64,000 nucleotides of DNA from Candidatus Thalassarchaeaceae archaeon (GTDB lineage: Archaea; Thermoplasmatota; Poseidoniia; Poseidoniales; Thalassarchaeaceae). A program made the position numbers and the translations under genes. Where the stretch lies: positions 96,617 through 160,616 of the forward strand of contig JALRLV010000002.1 of NCBI GenBank assembly GCA_023268715.1, written 5' to 3'. The notes under the pieces were generated by a model, which had not been told where the DNA came from, made no database searches, and saw only the letters and a list, made by a program, of their open reading frames with translations. Position 1 is the stretch's first letter. The number at the start of each line of letters is the position of its first letter. Shown here one piece after another: positions 29,554-38,485 of this stretch.

Positions 29554-30249
29554 TTAAATCTGAATCGTGGTATTTGAAATTGCTTTCTCAGGCGGTTTCG
29601 AATCAAACTTGTCAGTTGCTAAATTGACCAAAAGGTCACCAAAACAATAGAACGCACCCACCAACAATGGTGGATTCCAAGTGGTTAAACCGGTCCAAGG
29701 GACTTGCGAAGCCCATGTCCAATTTCCAAGAAAAGTTCCCCAGATTTCCATCCCTAAAGCAGCCCATGCCATTGCTGCATAAAGTCTAGGTTGAGGCCCC
29801 CATTTTGTAAATCCAAAAACAAGGATGAGCAAAACAACTCCAGAAGTATCTCCTCCGGTCAAAACCCCATACAAAACTAATGGAACAAATGGAAACAATA
29901 GCGGCATCGCCAACGAGGCCTTGAGGACTCTTGCAAGATGGCGGCCTAAGTCGAATAGGAAATAATGGCCAGCCGGAACAAATAGTGGCATTATGCCGCG
30001 CTGGTACTCATAGATGAGCCAAACCTCGGAAAAGAACAATTCCATGGGGGTAGCGATAATTATGACGGCAATTATTTCGATTCGTTCTTTTCGATCAGTA
30101 TTAGCGAAAATCCAAGCTACAACACCCCAACACCATATGTTAACAGGCCACTCCGCAAGATTCTCGGAAAGCAATCCACCAGCAGCAGTAGCCGAACACC
30201 ATAACCCAATGATGATGGTGGCGATGTACAACAGTACACGCTGGCGCAT
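29554..30249 (-). CDS. Polytopic membrane protein (hypothetical)
   Basis: 231 aa with about 6-7 hydrophobic helices, Trp-rich. No recognised motif. Confidence 0.5.
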   Translation of the reverse strand: MRQRVLLYIATIIIGLWCSATAAGGLLSENLAEWPVNIWCWGVVAWIFANTDRKERIEIIAVIIIATPMELFFSEVWLIYEYQRGIMPLFVPAGHYFLFDLGRHLARVLKASLAMPLLFPFVPLVLYGVLTGGDTSGVVLLILVFGFTKWGPQPRLYAAMAWAALGMEIWGTFLGNWTWASQVPWTGLTTWNPPLLVGAFYCFGDLLVNLATDKFDSKPPEKAISNTTIQI

Positions 30250-30353
30250 GGAGGGGTTAGAGCGTCCCCTCTTAGATGGTATCGCGACCTCTTCATTGGA
30301 AATTCACACGTTAATCTACTATGTATTGAAGACAACACCCGCTATCGGAAACC

Positions 30354-30776
30354 ATGGCCAGCGTGTCGGTAGTTGTTGAACCAGACACGCTGGATCCTGA
30401 TTCCTTGCGCAATATGCTTGAAACCGAAGGCTGTGGAAGCGTAATTTCTTTTGTTGGTCTGACTAGAGGCGTCGACCAAGGCGTAGAGGTTCAGCGCTTG
30501 GAATTTGATGCATGGGAAGAGAAATTACCCTCGGTATTGCAATCGTTATGTTTCGATGCTTTGGACCGATTTTCTGTCAAATCAATTGTTATGGCTCACC
30601 GCACGGGTTCTGTTGAACCTCAGGAGCCAATAGTTTGCATTCACGTCGGCTCAGTTCATCGAGCGGAAGGATTCGAAGCCTGCTCGTGGCTAATTTCTGA
30701 GTTGAAGAATCAGGCCCCTCTTTGGAAAAAGGAAGTTAGGGCAGATGGAGAGGTATGGAAAGGTGGGTTGGGTTAA
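30354..30776 (+). CDS. moaE: Molybdopterin synthase catalytic subunit
   Basis: 140 aa. Contains GSVISFVGLTRG, VMAHRTGSVEPQEPIVCIHVGSVHR and APLWKKE. Confidence 0.8.
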   Translation: MASVSVVVEPDTLDPDSLRNMLETEGCGSVISFVGLTRGVDQGVEVQRLEFDAWEEKLPSVLQSLCFDALDRFSVKSIVMAHRTGSVEPQEPIVCIHVGSVHRAEGFEACSWLISELKNQAPLWKKEVRADGEVWKGGLG

Positions 30777-32116
30777 TTCATTCCCGCCATTATTTCATCA
30801 ACAGCGTAAGGAACATTAGCAGAGATTCCCTCTACCATCATCCATCCGTGGCCTTTCACTCCGTCCCCAACGCAACGGATTCCGTCTACACCAACATCCA
30901 TTGGCAACTCAGCTCCTTGAGGTGCCCTATTACATGGCCAATTACGATGGTATGTGTGGACGCAGAGCTCCTCACCGTGGTCAGCGAGCCATGGAATTGC
31001 CTCATAGAGGTCTTCTCGCCCCTTGCTGATTTCCGATTTAACAGATGCATCAGGAACATATTGGTGAGTTATCATTAGGTGTTTTCCTTCAGGCGCAAGA
31101 CTGGGGTCTGAGAAGGTTGGAATTACGAATCCACCAACTCGATCTAGATTCGGTAACATAGTTACTCCGCTACTTCTGACCGGGATATCGTCGTCTAGTG
31201 CAAAGCAGAATCCAATACCCCCTACTGCTTGCGTAGTTTCGATTTGTGTTCTGACATCATTTGCCACATCAAAATCATCTGAAAGGGCTTTGATTAGGTT
31301 TGGATGCCCTCCATTATGGATAATCGAATCAGCACCAACCCAAGTCGCCTCTTCTCTTCCTCGGCGCCTTACCCCAACACAGAATCGATTGTCTTTTGTT
31401 TCCTCTTCTGCACTACCAGGAAGAATCTCAGTAATTTCGTGACTGAGTTTTACTCTTGCCCCGTTTTCTCTCAAATCCTTCCTTAGACCATCAATCACTC
31501 CCTTACAACCGCCTTTGGGGACATGAGGACGGTCGCTCCAGAATGAGTTCTGTAGGACGCGGACAACTGAAGAAGCAGGCATTTGATCGAACCTAAGGCT
31601 AATTGCGAAATTTGAGAAGGCGTCAACAAAATCAACAAATTGTGGGCTAAAGTGTCTGTTCAGCCAAGTTTTCCCATCTTCAGATTCATCTCCCCATGGC
31701 TGTTTTGCACCCTTAGTTAGTAGACGTGGCATGTTTAGGGTATCTTTGGCGGTAAACCAGGGTAAAACTCCGTAGATTGAATTTGCACCCTGAAACTTAC
31801 CATCTATCATTTGGCAAGCAAAATGAGTTGTAGGAAGTAATTCGACTCCATGCCGACCTAAATCTAGGCCGCCCTTACTTTTCTTTCCTAAAATCAAATC
31901 TGCAAACGGCCCTTTCTTGCCATGAGGAATCATATGTACAGCACCGGTTGGGATTTGATATCCATCGTGATCATGCTGCGTAAATCTACCACCGGCAAAA
32001 GACATCCTTTCGTAGACAGTGACATCGTAATCTGCGGTCTGTGCTAGTTTAGCTGCCGAAGTCAGGCCACCTAGACCTGCTCCGATTACCAATGCTTTAT
32101 TCTTCGACAAATCCAC
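30773..32116 (-). CDS. FAD-dependent oxidoreductase, phytoene-desaturase (CrtI)-like family
   Basis: 447 aa. It has an N-terminal ALVIGAGLGGLTSAAKLA..VTVYE dinucleotide fold followed by GGR. It sits immediately downstream of a ferredoxin gene. Confidence 0.65.
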   Translation of the reverse strand: MDLSKNKALVIGAGLGGLTSAAKLAQTADYDVTVYERMSFAGGRFTQHDHDGYQIPTGAVHMIPHGKKGPFADLILGKKSKGGLDLGRHGVELLPTTHFACQMIDGKFQGANSIYGVLPWFTAKDTLNMPRLLTKGAKQPWGDESEDGKTWLNRHFSPQFVDFVDAFSNFAISLRFDQMPASSVVRVLQNSFWSDRPHVPKGGCKGVIDGLRKDLRENGARVKLSHEITEILPGSAEEETKDNRFCVGVRRRGREEATWVGADSIIHNGGHPNLIKALSDDFDVANDVRTQIETTQAVGGIGFCFALDDDIPVRSSGVTMLPNLDRVGGFVIPTFSDPSLAPEGKHLMITHQYVPDASVKSEISKGREDLYEAIPWLADHGEELCVHTYHRNWPCNRAPQGAELPMDVGVDGIRCVGDGVKGHGWMMVEGISANVPYAVDEIMAGMN

Positions 32117-32119
32117 ACC

Positions 32120-32422
32120 TCAAGCGTAAACTAAAGCTCCAGTTGGACACCAAAGCAAACATCTTAGACAATCTGTGCAATTATCTTGGATTACTTCGCA
32201 CAGACCCTCGACTATCAAAGCATCATCTTTACAGGCCATAAGACAATAAGAACAACCAACGCATAGTTGGTCCAATACCTGTAAGGTCACGCCCTCAGAA
32301 GTCGGCTTATCGTGGTCGACTCCCGACTCTAATTCAGGCACCTCTCCTGGAGTAGCCTTGTCACGGAAGGCCTCTGCCATGTATCTTGGCTTTGGTCTGG
32401 GTATTTCAGCGCAGTGATTCAT
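32120..32422 (-). CDS. 4Fe-4S dicluster ferredoxin-domain protein
   Basis: 100 aa. Contains CVGCSYCLMAC and CTDCLRCLLWCP cluster motifs. Confidence 0.75.
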   Translation of the reverse strand: MNHCAEIPRPKPRYMAEAFRDKATPGEVPELESGVDHDKPTSEGVTLQVLDQLCVGCSYCLMACKDDALIVEGLCEVIQDNCTDCLRCLLWCPTGALVYA

Positions 32423-32475
32423 TCCGCACTAATGATTAGGGATATACACCTCCCGCTTTATCGGAGGTCGCGAGT

Positions 32476-32934
32476 TTGAAGGATACAATTACCGGAATAA
32501 TTGATGTCGGCTCCAAGCCAATAGTATCTCGTGAAGCAGTTGCAACCGGCCTTCTTCACTTATCATCCGCAAGTCTTGATGTTGTTCAGAATGGAAGGTC
32601 TCCAAAAGGCGATGTTCGCGAAGCTTCGACAGTTGCAGTTATTCAGGCAGTCAAGGAAACTCCTCGAACCCTACCCCATTGCCATCCGATTCCAATTGAG
32701 GGTTGTACTGTTGATTGGTCAATTGAGAAAGATGCACTGCGATGTACAGTAACAGTTCGAACACACTGGACTACTGGGGTAGAGATGGAGGCTTTGTGTG
32801 GAGTTAATGCAGGTCTTCTGTGTGCCTGGGACATGCTCAAATCTGTTGAAAAGGATACTAATGGGCAATATCCGGTCGCCCAAATTGATGGAGTAAGGGT
32901 CGTCAAAAAGAGCAAGGGCGACCCGCATGATTGA
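32476..32934 (+). CDS. moaC: Cyclic pyranopterin monophosphate synthase
   Basis: 152 aa with a TTG start. Contains IDVGSKPIVSREAVA, KGDV, TGVEMEAL and KSKGD. Confidence 0.8.
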   Translation: MKDTITGIIDVGSKPIVSREAVATGLLHLSSASLDVVQNGRSPKGDVREASTVAVIQAVKETPRTLPHCHPIPIEGCTVDWSIEKDALRCTVTVRTHWTTGVEMEALCGVNAGLLCAWDMLKSVEKDTNGQYPVAQIDGVRVVKKSKGDPHD

Positions 32935-32959
32935 AGGCTGAACGCTATTCGAGGTATTC

Positions 32960-33913
32960 ATGGCGACCATCGATTTAGAGAGTCATTTTCTTGCTGCGAC
33001 CGAAGCCGCTGCGATCGCAGCCGCTGCATGGCGTGGAAAGGGAGACGGTAAAGCCGCTGATGGTGCAGCGGTAGAAGCCATGAGGGCCATCTTCGACGAG
33101 GTCCCTTTCGATGGTAGGGTTGCTATTGGAGAGGGTGAGCGAGATGATGCTCCAATGTTATGGATTGGAGAGCCTCTTGGTTCTATGCAAGGTAACTCTG
33201 ATGCGCCCTCAATCGATATCGCAGTAGACCCTCTTGAATGCACCAATCACGTGGCGCATGATTTACCTAATGCGATGGCAGTACTTGCTGCAGCACCACG
33301 TGGTACCCTTCTTCATGCACCTGATTGTTACATGAACAAAATTGCGGGATCCGCAGAATTAGAAGGCGAAATTAGCCTCGATGCTTCTACTTCTTACAAT
33401 GTTGAAGCGGCAGCCGCGGCCTTGGAAAAGAAGGAGTCTGAACTCAACATCGTGGTTATGGATAGGCCGCGACATGAGAAACTGATTTCAGAATTGAATC
33501 AACATAATGTGAATGTTATATTGATTGGGGATGGAGACGTCTCAGCAGCGCTCAATGCTGCCGATCCTAAATCGGAAATTGATATGCTAATGGGAATCGG
33601 AGCCGCTCCAGAAGGGGTAATCACAGCCACTGCTTTGAGGGGTTTAGGCGCTCCGTTTGAAGGTCGACTTGTTTTCAAGAATAAGGGGCACAGGGAGCGT
33701 GCTGAAGCGATGATTGATGGAGACATAGAGAGACATTGGGGCAGAGATGACCTCTGCGCCAGCGAAGATGCAGTATTCATTGGCACTGGGGTTTGCCCGG
33801 GTAGGACCTTTGGAGTTGAAAAATTATCAGATGGCCGATATTCAGTTCAATCAGAGGTTATCGATGTAGCATCTGGTGGTCATAAATTTGTTGATAACAT
33901 TCGCTCAGCATGA
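32960..33913 (+). CDS. glpX: Fructose-1,6-bisphosphatase class II
   Basis: 317 aa. Contains AAAWRGKGDGKAADGAAVEAMR, AIGEGERDDAPML, VDPLECTN and VMDRPRH. Confidence 0.85.
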   Translation: MATIDLESHFLAATEAAAIAAAAWRGKGDGKAADGAAVEAMRAIFDEVPFDGRVAIGEGERDDAPMLWIGEPLGSMQGNSDAPSIDIAVDPLECTNHVAHDLPNAMAVLAAAPRGTLLHAPDCYMNKIAGSAELEGEISLDASTSYNVEAAAAALEKKESELNIVVMDRPRHEKLISELNQHNVNVILIGDGDVSAALNAADPKSEIDMLMGIGAAPEGVITATALRGLGAPFEGRLVFKNKGHRERAEAMIDGDIERHWGRDDLCASEDAVFIGTGVCPGRTFGVEKLSDGRYSVQSEVIDVASGGHKFVDNIRSA

Positions 33914-33982
33914 ATCTAATTCCATACTTTACAAGCAAAGGATTCTTTTCCTAATCCCACCACGTCCGGCCGAGGTTCACAT

Positions 33983-34993
33983 ATGGACACCGAACTACTT
34001 GAGAAGACAGCGAGAGAACTTGTAGCACCTGGTAGAGGAATTCTCGCCGCGGATGAGAGCAATGGAACAATGTCAAACAGACTAGAGGCAGTGGGGGTAG
34101 AACCCTCTCCAGAAACTCGTCGCGCATACCGTTCAAACATATTCGCTACACCAGATTATGAATCTGCGATTAGTGGTGTTATTCTCTTTGATGAGACAAT
34201 TCGTCAAACTATGGACGACGGTACACCAATCCCAGAATATCTCGCAAGTAGAGGAGTTCACCCGGGAATAAAAGTAGATACAGGAGCTAAGGAATTGGCT
34301 CATCATTCTGGTGAAAAGGTCACAGAAGGATTGGACGGACTACGAGAAAGGTGCATGGAATACTTCGAGTTGGGCGCTAGATTTGCAAAATGGCGAGCAG
34401 TTATAAGAATTGGAGATGGAATGCCTAGCGATGCGAATATTTCCACTAATGCCCATGCTCTTGCAAGATACGCAGCCATCTGCCAAGAACAGGGTTTGGT
34501 TCCAATCATCGAGCCGGAAGTCTTGATGGACGGCGATCACGATTCACAAACTTGCTTCGAAGTCACGGCAAGAATTCTCGACGCCACATTTGCAGAGTGT
34601 AAAATTCAGGGTGTTCATATCCCTGGGGCTTTACTCAAACCGAACATGGTCTTACCCGGTAAATCCTGCGAAGACAAAGGAACCCGTGAGAAAGCAGCGC
34701 AGATGACTGTGGATTGCCTAACAGCTCACGTACCACATGAACTTCCCGGAATTGTATTTCTTTCAGGAGGTCAGTCGGATGAGGATGCAACAGCACATCT
34801 CAATTTGATGAATAGTATGTCTGCCGAACACCCATGGCAATTATCCTACTCTTACGGTAGGGCACTACTGGCACATGCTTTGCAAACATGGGCAAGTGGT
34901 TCAAATGAAGAGAGTCAGAATGCGTTTGCTCATCGAGCGGCAATGAATAGTCTAGCCCGTAGTGGTGAATGGTCTGCAGAATTAGAAGCTTAG
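33983..34993 (+). CDS. fba: Fructose-bisphosphate aldolase class I (eukaryote/bacterial-type)
   Basis: 336 aa. Contains GILAADESNGTMSNRL, PGIKVDTG, LLKPNMV (Schiff-base Lys) and FLSGGQS. Confidence 0.85.
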   Translation: MDTELLEKTARELVAPGRGILAADESNGTMSNRLEAVGVEPSPETRRAYRSNIFATPDYESAISGVILFDETIRQTMDDGTPIPEYLASRGVHPGIKVDTGAKELAHHSGEKVTEGLDGLRERCMEYFELGARFAKWRAVIRIGDGMPSDANISTNAHALARYAAICQEQGLVPIIEPEVLMDGDHDSQTCFEVTARILDATFAECKIQGVHIPGALLKPNMVLPGKSCEDKGTREKAAQMTVDCLTAHVPHELPGIVFLSGGQSDEDATAHLNLMNSMSAEHPWQLSYSYGRALLAHALQTWASGSNEESQNAFAHRAAMNSLARSGEWSAELEA

Positions 34994-35010
34994 TGGTAAA
35001 GACTTGAGTT

Positions 35011-35265
35011 TCAATTCTCGCCGTCTAGGACCCCAGGTCTCAATGTCCATACACAGATTTCGTAGCGACCGGAGAGTGCGCCGCCACGCTTTGTTGTTGA
35101 TACCTTGAGTATGTCCTTGTCCTTCGAGAGAACGTTACCTAATTGTTGAGGGGTTGTTCCATGTCTCATTGTCGAGTTCACGTGTTCGAGGATTTCTGTG
35201 GTATTTGCCTCTCCTCGGTCGTTTAGGAATTTCTTAATTTTCTGTCTTAGTCTTGTTGTGCGCAT
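35011..35265 (-). CDS. Small hypothetical protein, paralogue B (possible winged-helix)
   Basis: The ATG at 35265 (MRTTRLRQKIKKFLNDR..) is preferred over 35334. It aligns by eye with the upstream 83-aa protein (LRxxIxKxLxxR...T.EI.....P....L..D..I). Confidence 0.5.
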   Translation of the reverse strand: MRTTRLRQKIKKFLNDRGEANTTEILEHVNSTMRHGTTPQQLGNVLSKDKDILKVSTTKRGGALSGRYEICVWTLRPGVLDGEN

Positions 35266-35294
35266 TATTATCTCTCCTTGTTTTGTTCGGACTC

Positions 35295-35546
35295 TTATTT
35301 CTCGTGATGTTCGACCCAGCCATTCGATGCCCATTCCGAGACAAGCGATTCGGCTCTTCTCATGTCGCTCTTTCGAACAGTGCCTATTCGGGTGATTTGA
35401 TCATCCGATTCTAGTATGCTCGTTATGTCAGAGGGGCTGTTTGCAGAATCTATGTGGTTAGCTAGCCAAGCAGATATCTCGATTGTATTTCGCGGCCGCT
35501 CATGGAGGTATTTTTGAATCAGTTCACGCAAGTTCTGCGAGTCCAT
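35295..35546 (-). CDS. Small hypothetical protein, paralogue A (possible winged-helix)
   Basis: 83 aa. A GGAGGA lies ~10 nt upstream of the ATG. It is paralogous to 35011-35265. Confidence 0.5.
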   Translation of the reverse strand: MDSQNLRELIQKYLHERPRNTIEISAWLANHIDSANSPSDITSILESDDQITRIGTVRKSDMRRAESLVSEWASNGWVEHHEK

Positions 35547-35623
35547 TTCTTCCTATTCCTCCGAGTCAAACGCACCGCATATCGAGTCCGTTACCGACAG
35601 GACGGCAGACGTTGATATAACAG

Positions 35624-35702
35624 TTCTGCACCTTACAGGCTCACTTCGTTACAAATAGTTGCACAGAAGGGGTCAGATTTCACAAGCAAAGTCGGTGCAG
35701 AA
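35624..35702. promoter_or_regulatory. 9-bp perfect inverted repeat in a divergent promoter region (candidate operator)
   Basis: TTCTGCACC lies at 35624-35632 and GGTGCAGAA at 35694-35702, with a related TTGCACAGAA at 35659-35668. These sit between TATA-like elements (ttatatc on the minus strand at ~35614-35620; gtataattta at 35755-35764). Confidence 0.4.
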
Positions 35703-35805
35703 ATGAAACTGTTAATTTTTCCATAAGAAATGTGTAATAAAATGTAACTAAAAAGTATAATTTAAGTAGGACAGTCGAACTAATTGAATTAGGAGAGGGC
35801 AATTA

Positions 35806-38424
35806 GTGTCGGATGAACTGCAAATCGCCGATTCTTCATCCGATTCGTTTACTCTCAAGAGAATTCGTAGTGCCCACCGTCGTCGATTACTAGATCGATT
35901 AACCGATGGGGGCACAACGGTGAGTATCCTGGCTCGTGATACGGGATTGAGAATTCCTCACGCTTCTGCTGAGCTTAGACGAATGAGAAACGACGGACTG
36001 GTCTCCAGCGACCAAGTCGCCGGTGCACGTGGCGCACGACTACACCTTACACAGTCTGGTTGGGAAGCAATACGTTCTGATGAGTTGGCGAGGGCGATTG
36101 AGGCGCTACCATTACCCTCTCCTTCCAACAAATATTGCTTGCTTGCCAGAGATGGGGCAAATATTCTCTTAGGGCTACTTGCCCCAATAGACACTCCGCT
36201 TGTTCTTATCCCCGATCGTCCTTCAAGAGGCTCCGGCATAGAAGGTGACTCCACAGGAAACGAAGGGGTCTCGTGGACTTGGGCGGTATTGAGAGAAAGA
36301 GCTCCAAGGTGGTTTAATCTGAACAATATGGAAATGCTACCGAACCCACCTTCGAGCCATAACCCTGAAACTATTTCTTCCTATATAGGAGAAAATCACA
36401 CACTTGGAATTGTAAGAGTACGTTTAGTCGATTCAGATAGGCCGGTAGCATTGGCCCCGGGACTCTGGTTTGATTCTCCATCACGTCGTCCAGACCCACC
36501 CCTACCAGAAGCCAGCCACCACCGAGGGGCATGGGTTCTGGGTAATTGCCATAATCAATCCCCAGATATTCGACCAAAAGATCCGGTATCTGCAGTTATG
36601 GAAGAAAGGTTACCAAAGAGCATGCTACTACGAACTGCAAGAGCTAATGCACTAGTAATCGCGGATTTAGGGGGATTAGACACTGTTGGCCAGAATTTTC
36701 CAATTTCCTGTTTAGATTCATGGATAACTCGAGCCCATCCTCGATTGACTCCTTCAGAAAGGCGACGAAGGCTGAATAGTTTGAGAGAACGCTTGACTTC
36801 AACAAGGAGAGTGAGGACTGAAGAATCTACATGGAGGCGCTTTAGGAAGGATTGGAAGGATGCTACTTTTTCCTCAGAAGAAAACGGATTGAGATTATTT
36901 GATACCCGTGGTTTAGCGGCTACGGCTACAACCTCGTTAATTGAATGGGCAGTGTCGGAACAGAATCGACCCCCATTGGTTTTAGAAATCCCCGATACAA
37001 TTCCAGATGATGTCCTTAGTGCTGTGATTTCTCATCCTAACTTGAGATTAACACTTTCATCTCAACCACGCCAACCGCTAGAAATTTTTGATCAACTTAT
37101 TGTTGATCCACTAAGACCTCTTCCTTGGCTCCGACTTCGCACTCTTGGCGGTAGAGATATGCCGTTGCGATTGGTAGATCCCGTACCGACAGCACCAGAA
37201 GTAACTGAGGATGATGAGGTTGCGCCTTCCCCATGGGCAATCTTAGGTTTAGATAATGAAGAAATTTCTGGCAATTTAGTCGACTCATCAATGATTGGTT
37301 CAGCGATCGCACAGTTCCCTGAAGGAAATGAAGACTGGTCAAACATGATGGAGGCAAGTTATCCAATAGCCGCTTGGATAGCATCTCCCCCAAAGACACG
37401 CTGGCATCGCTGGCAAAGATTACGTTCTAGGCTTGAATCTGAGTGGATTGCCTTGCTCGATTTGGAATATTTGCCTCTTGAAAGACTTGCAGAAGTTGCC
37501 GACGAAGCTCCTCCGAGGGTGCTAGAAATTTTTGCTGAGAAACTTCGCTTACTTTTGCACAATGATGACGAAATAGGCCTTCGTACCCGACCAGCCACGG
37601 ATCCAGCAAATGCATCTTCGGGGGCATCTTGGGTTGCAGCCCAACTTCTCAGCAATGCTGCCTGGTTACCCGAAGATATGCAAGAGGATCTAATTCAATG
37701 GGCTTTGGAGGCTTGGCTCGTCCATCCACCTAGTAACTCTTTAGCCGCACTTCAATCCGTTGATTGGATTTACAAGAGCCAACACTTAGATGTGGCAAAT
37801 TATGGTCCAGTGTTACAAGGAATCCTCAGAAGGGCCAACGAGTTCCCGATTGACCACGACCTCAAGATTTGGTCTTTATTGGTTGAAAGAATTCGTGACT
37901 CCAAACAACTTCAGATAGAAGACTTGGAGGCAATAATTGCCAATTTGCCATTAGACTGGTGGGCAATATTGGCCCCTGAACTATTGACCAATCTTCTATC
38001 CGAGGACTCTTCTTTGGATTGGTTGTTAGATAATCCAATACCCTGGAGTGCTGCGATCCTGAGGCCAAAGGGAGAGCCTAGTACTGCACCTGGGTTAGAG
38101 GATAGGTATCATCCCGGTTGTAGTCCTGAAATTCGCAACTCGCTTGCTAGAAGACTAAGGTCAAGGAGCGAACGAGGAACTTTACCAGAAAGTGCCGCGC
38201 CACTTCTTGACCTGATGGAATCCCTAGATACGGTTCTTGAAGGAAGTTCACCCAGTACTGGTAGGACTCACCCAATGGTAGGTTGGTTGGCCCAACCAAT
38301 AGAGAAATGGCCACCAATTAGCAATGAGGTAGCAATGCAAGGTGATTCACAAATCGCAGAGAGAATCATACTTCGAACTTCAGGCTACCATGAGGGATTG
38401 TCTGGTGACCAAAGTCAATTATGA
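35806..38424 (+). CDS. Large hypothetical protein with an N-terminal winged helix-turn-helix
   Basis: 872 aa with a GTG start preceded by AGGAGAGGG. The N-terminus RRRLLDRLTDGGTTVSILARDTGLRIPHASAELRRMRNDGLV looks ArsR/MarR-like. The remainder is Arg/Trp/Leu/Pro-rich with no catalytic motif recognised. Confidence 0.7.
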   Translation: MSDELQIADSSSDSFTLKRIRSAHRRRLLDRLTDGGTTVSILARDTGLRIPHASAELRRMRNDGLVSSDQVAGARGARLHLTQSGWEAIRSDELARAIEALPLPSPSNKYCLLARDGANILLGLLAPIDTPLVLIPDRPSRGSGIEGDSTGNEGVSWTWAVLRERAPRWFNLNNMEMLPNPPSSHNPETISSYIGENHTLGIVRVRLVDSDRPVALAPGLWFDSPSRRPDPPLPEASHHRGAWVLGNCHNQSPDIRPKDPVSAVMEERLPKSMLLRTARANALVIADLGGLDTVGQNFPISCLDSWITRAHPRLTPSERRRRLNSLRERLTSTRRVRTEESTWRRFRKDWKDATFSSEENGLRLFDTRGLAATATTSLIEWAVSEQNRPPLVLEIPDTIPDDVLSAVISHPNLRLTLSSQPRQPLEIFDQLIVDPLRPLPWLRLRTLGGRDMPLRLVDPVPTAPEVTEDDEVAPSPWAILGLDNEEISGNLVDSSMIGSAIAQFPEGNEDWSNMMEASYPIAAWIASPPKTRWHRWQRLRSRLESEWIALLDLEYLPLERLAEVADEAPPRVLEIFAEKLRLLLHNDDEIGLRTRPATDPANASSGASWVAAQLLSNAAWLPEDMQEDLIQWALEAWLVHPPSNSLAALQSVDWIYKSQHLDVANYGPVLQGILRRANEFPIDHDLKIWSLLVERIRDSKQLQIEDLEAIIANLPLDWWAILAPELLTNLLSEDSSLDWLLDNPIPWSAAILRPKGEPSTAPGLEDRYHPGCSPEIRNSLARRLRSRSERGTLPESAAPLLDLMESLDTVLEGSSPSTGRTHPMVGWLAQPIEKWPPISNEVAMQGDSQIAERIILRTSGYHEGLSGDQSQL

Positions 38425-38485
38425 TCGAAATAAAATTAAATGTCAAAAATTAGTGATTTTAGCGACTTTTTCTTCTTATTTCTAT

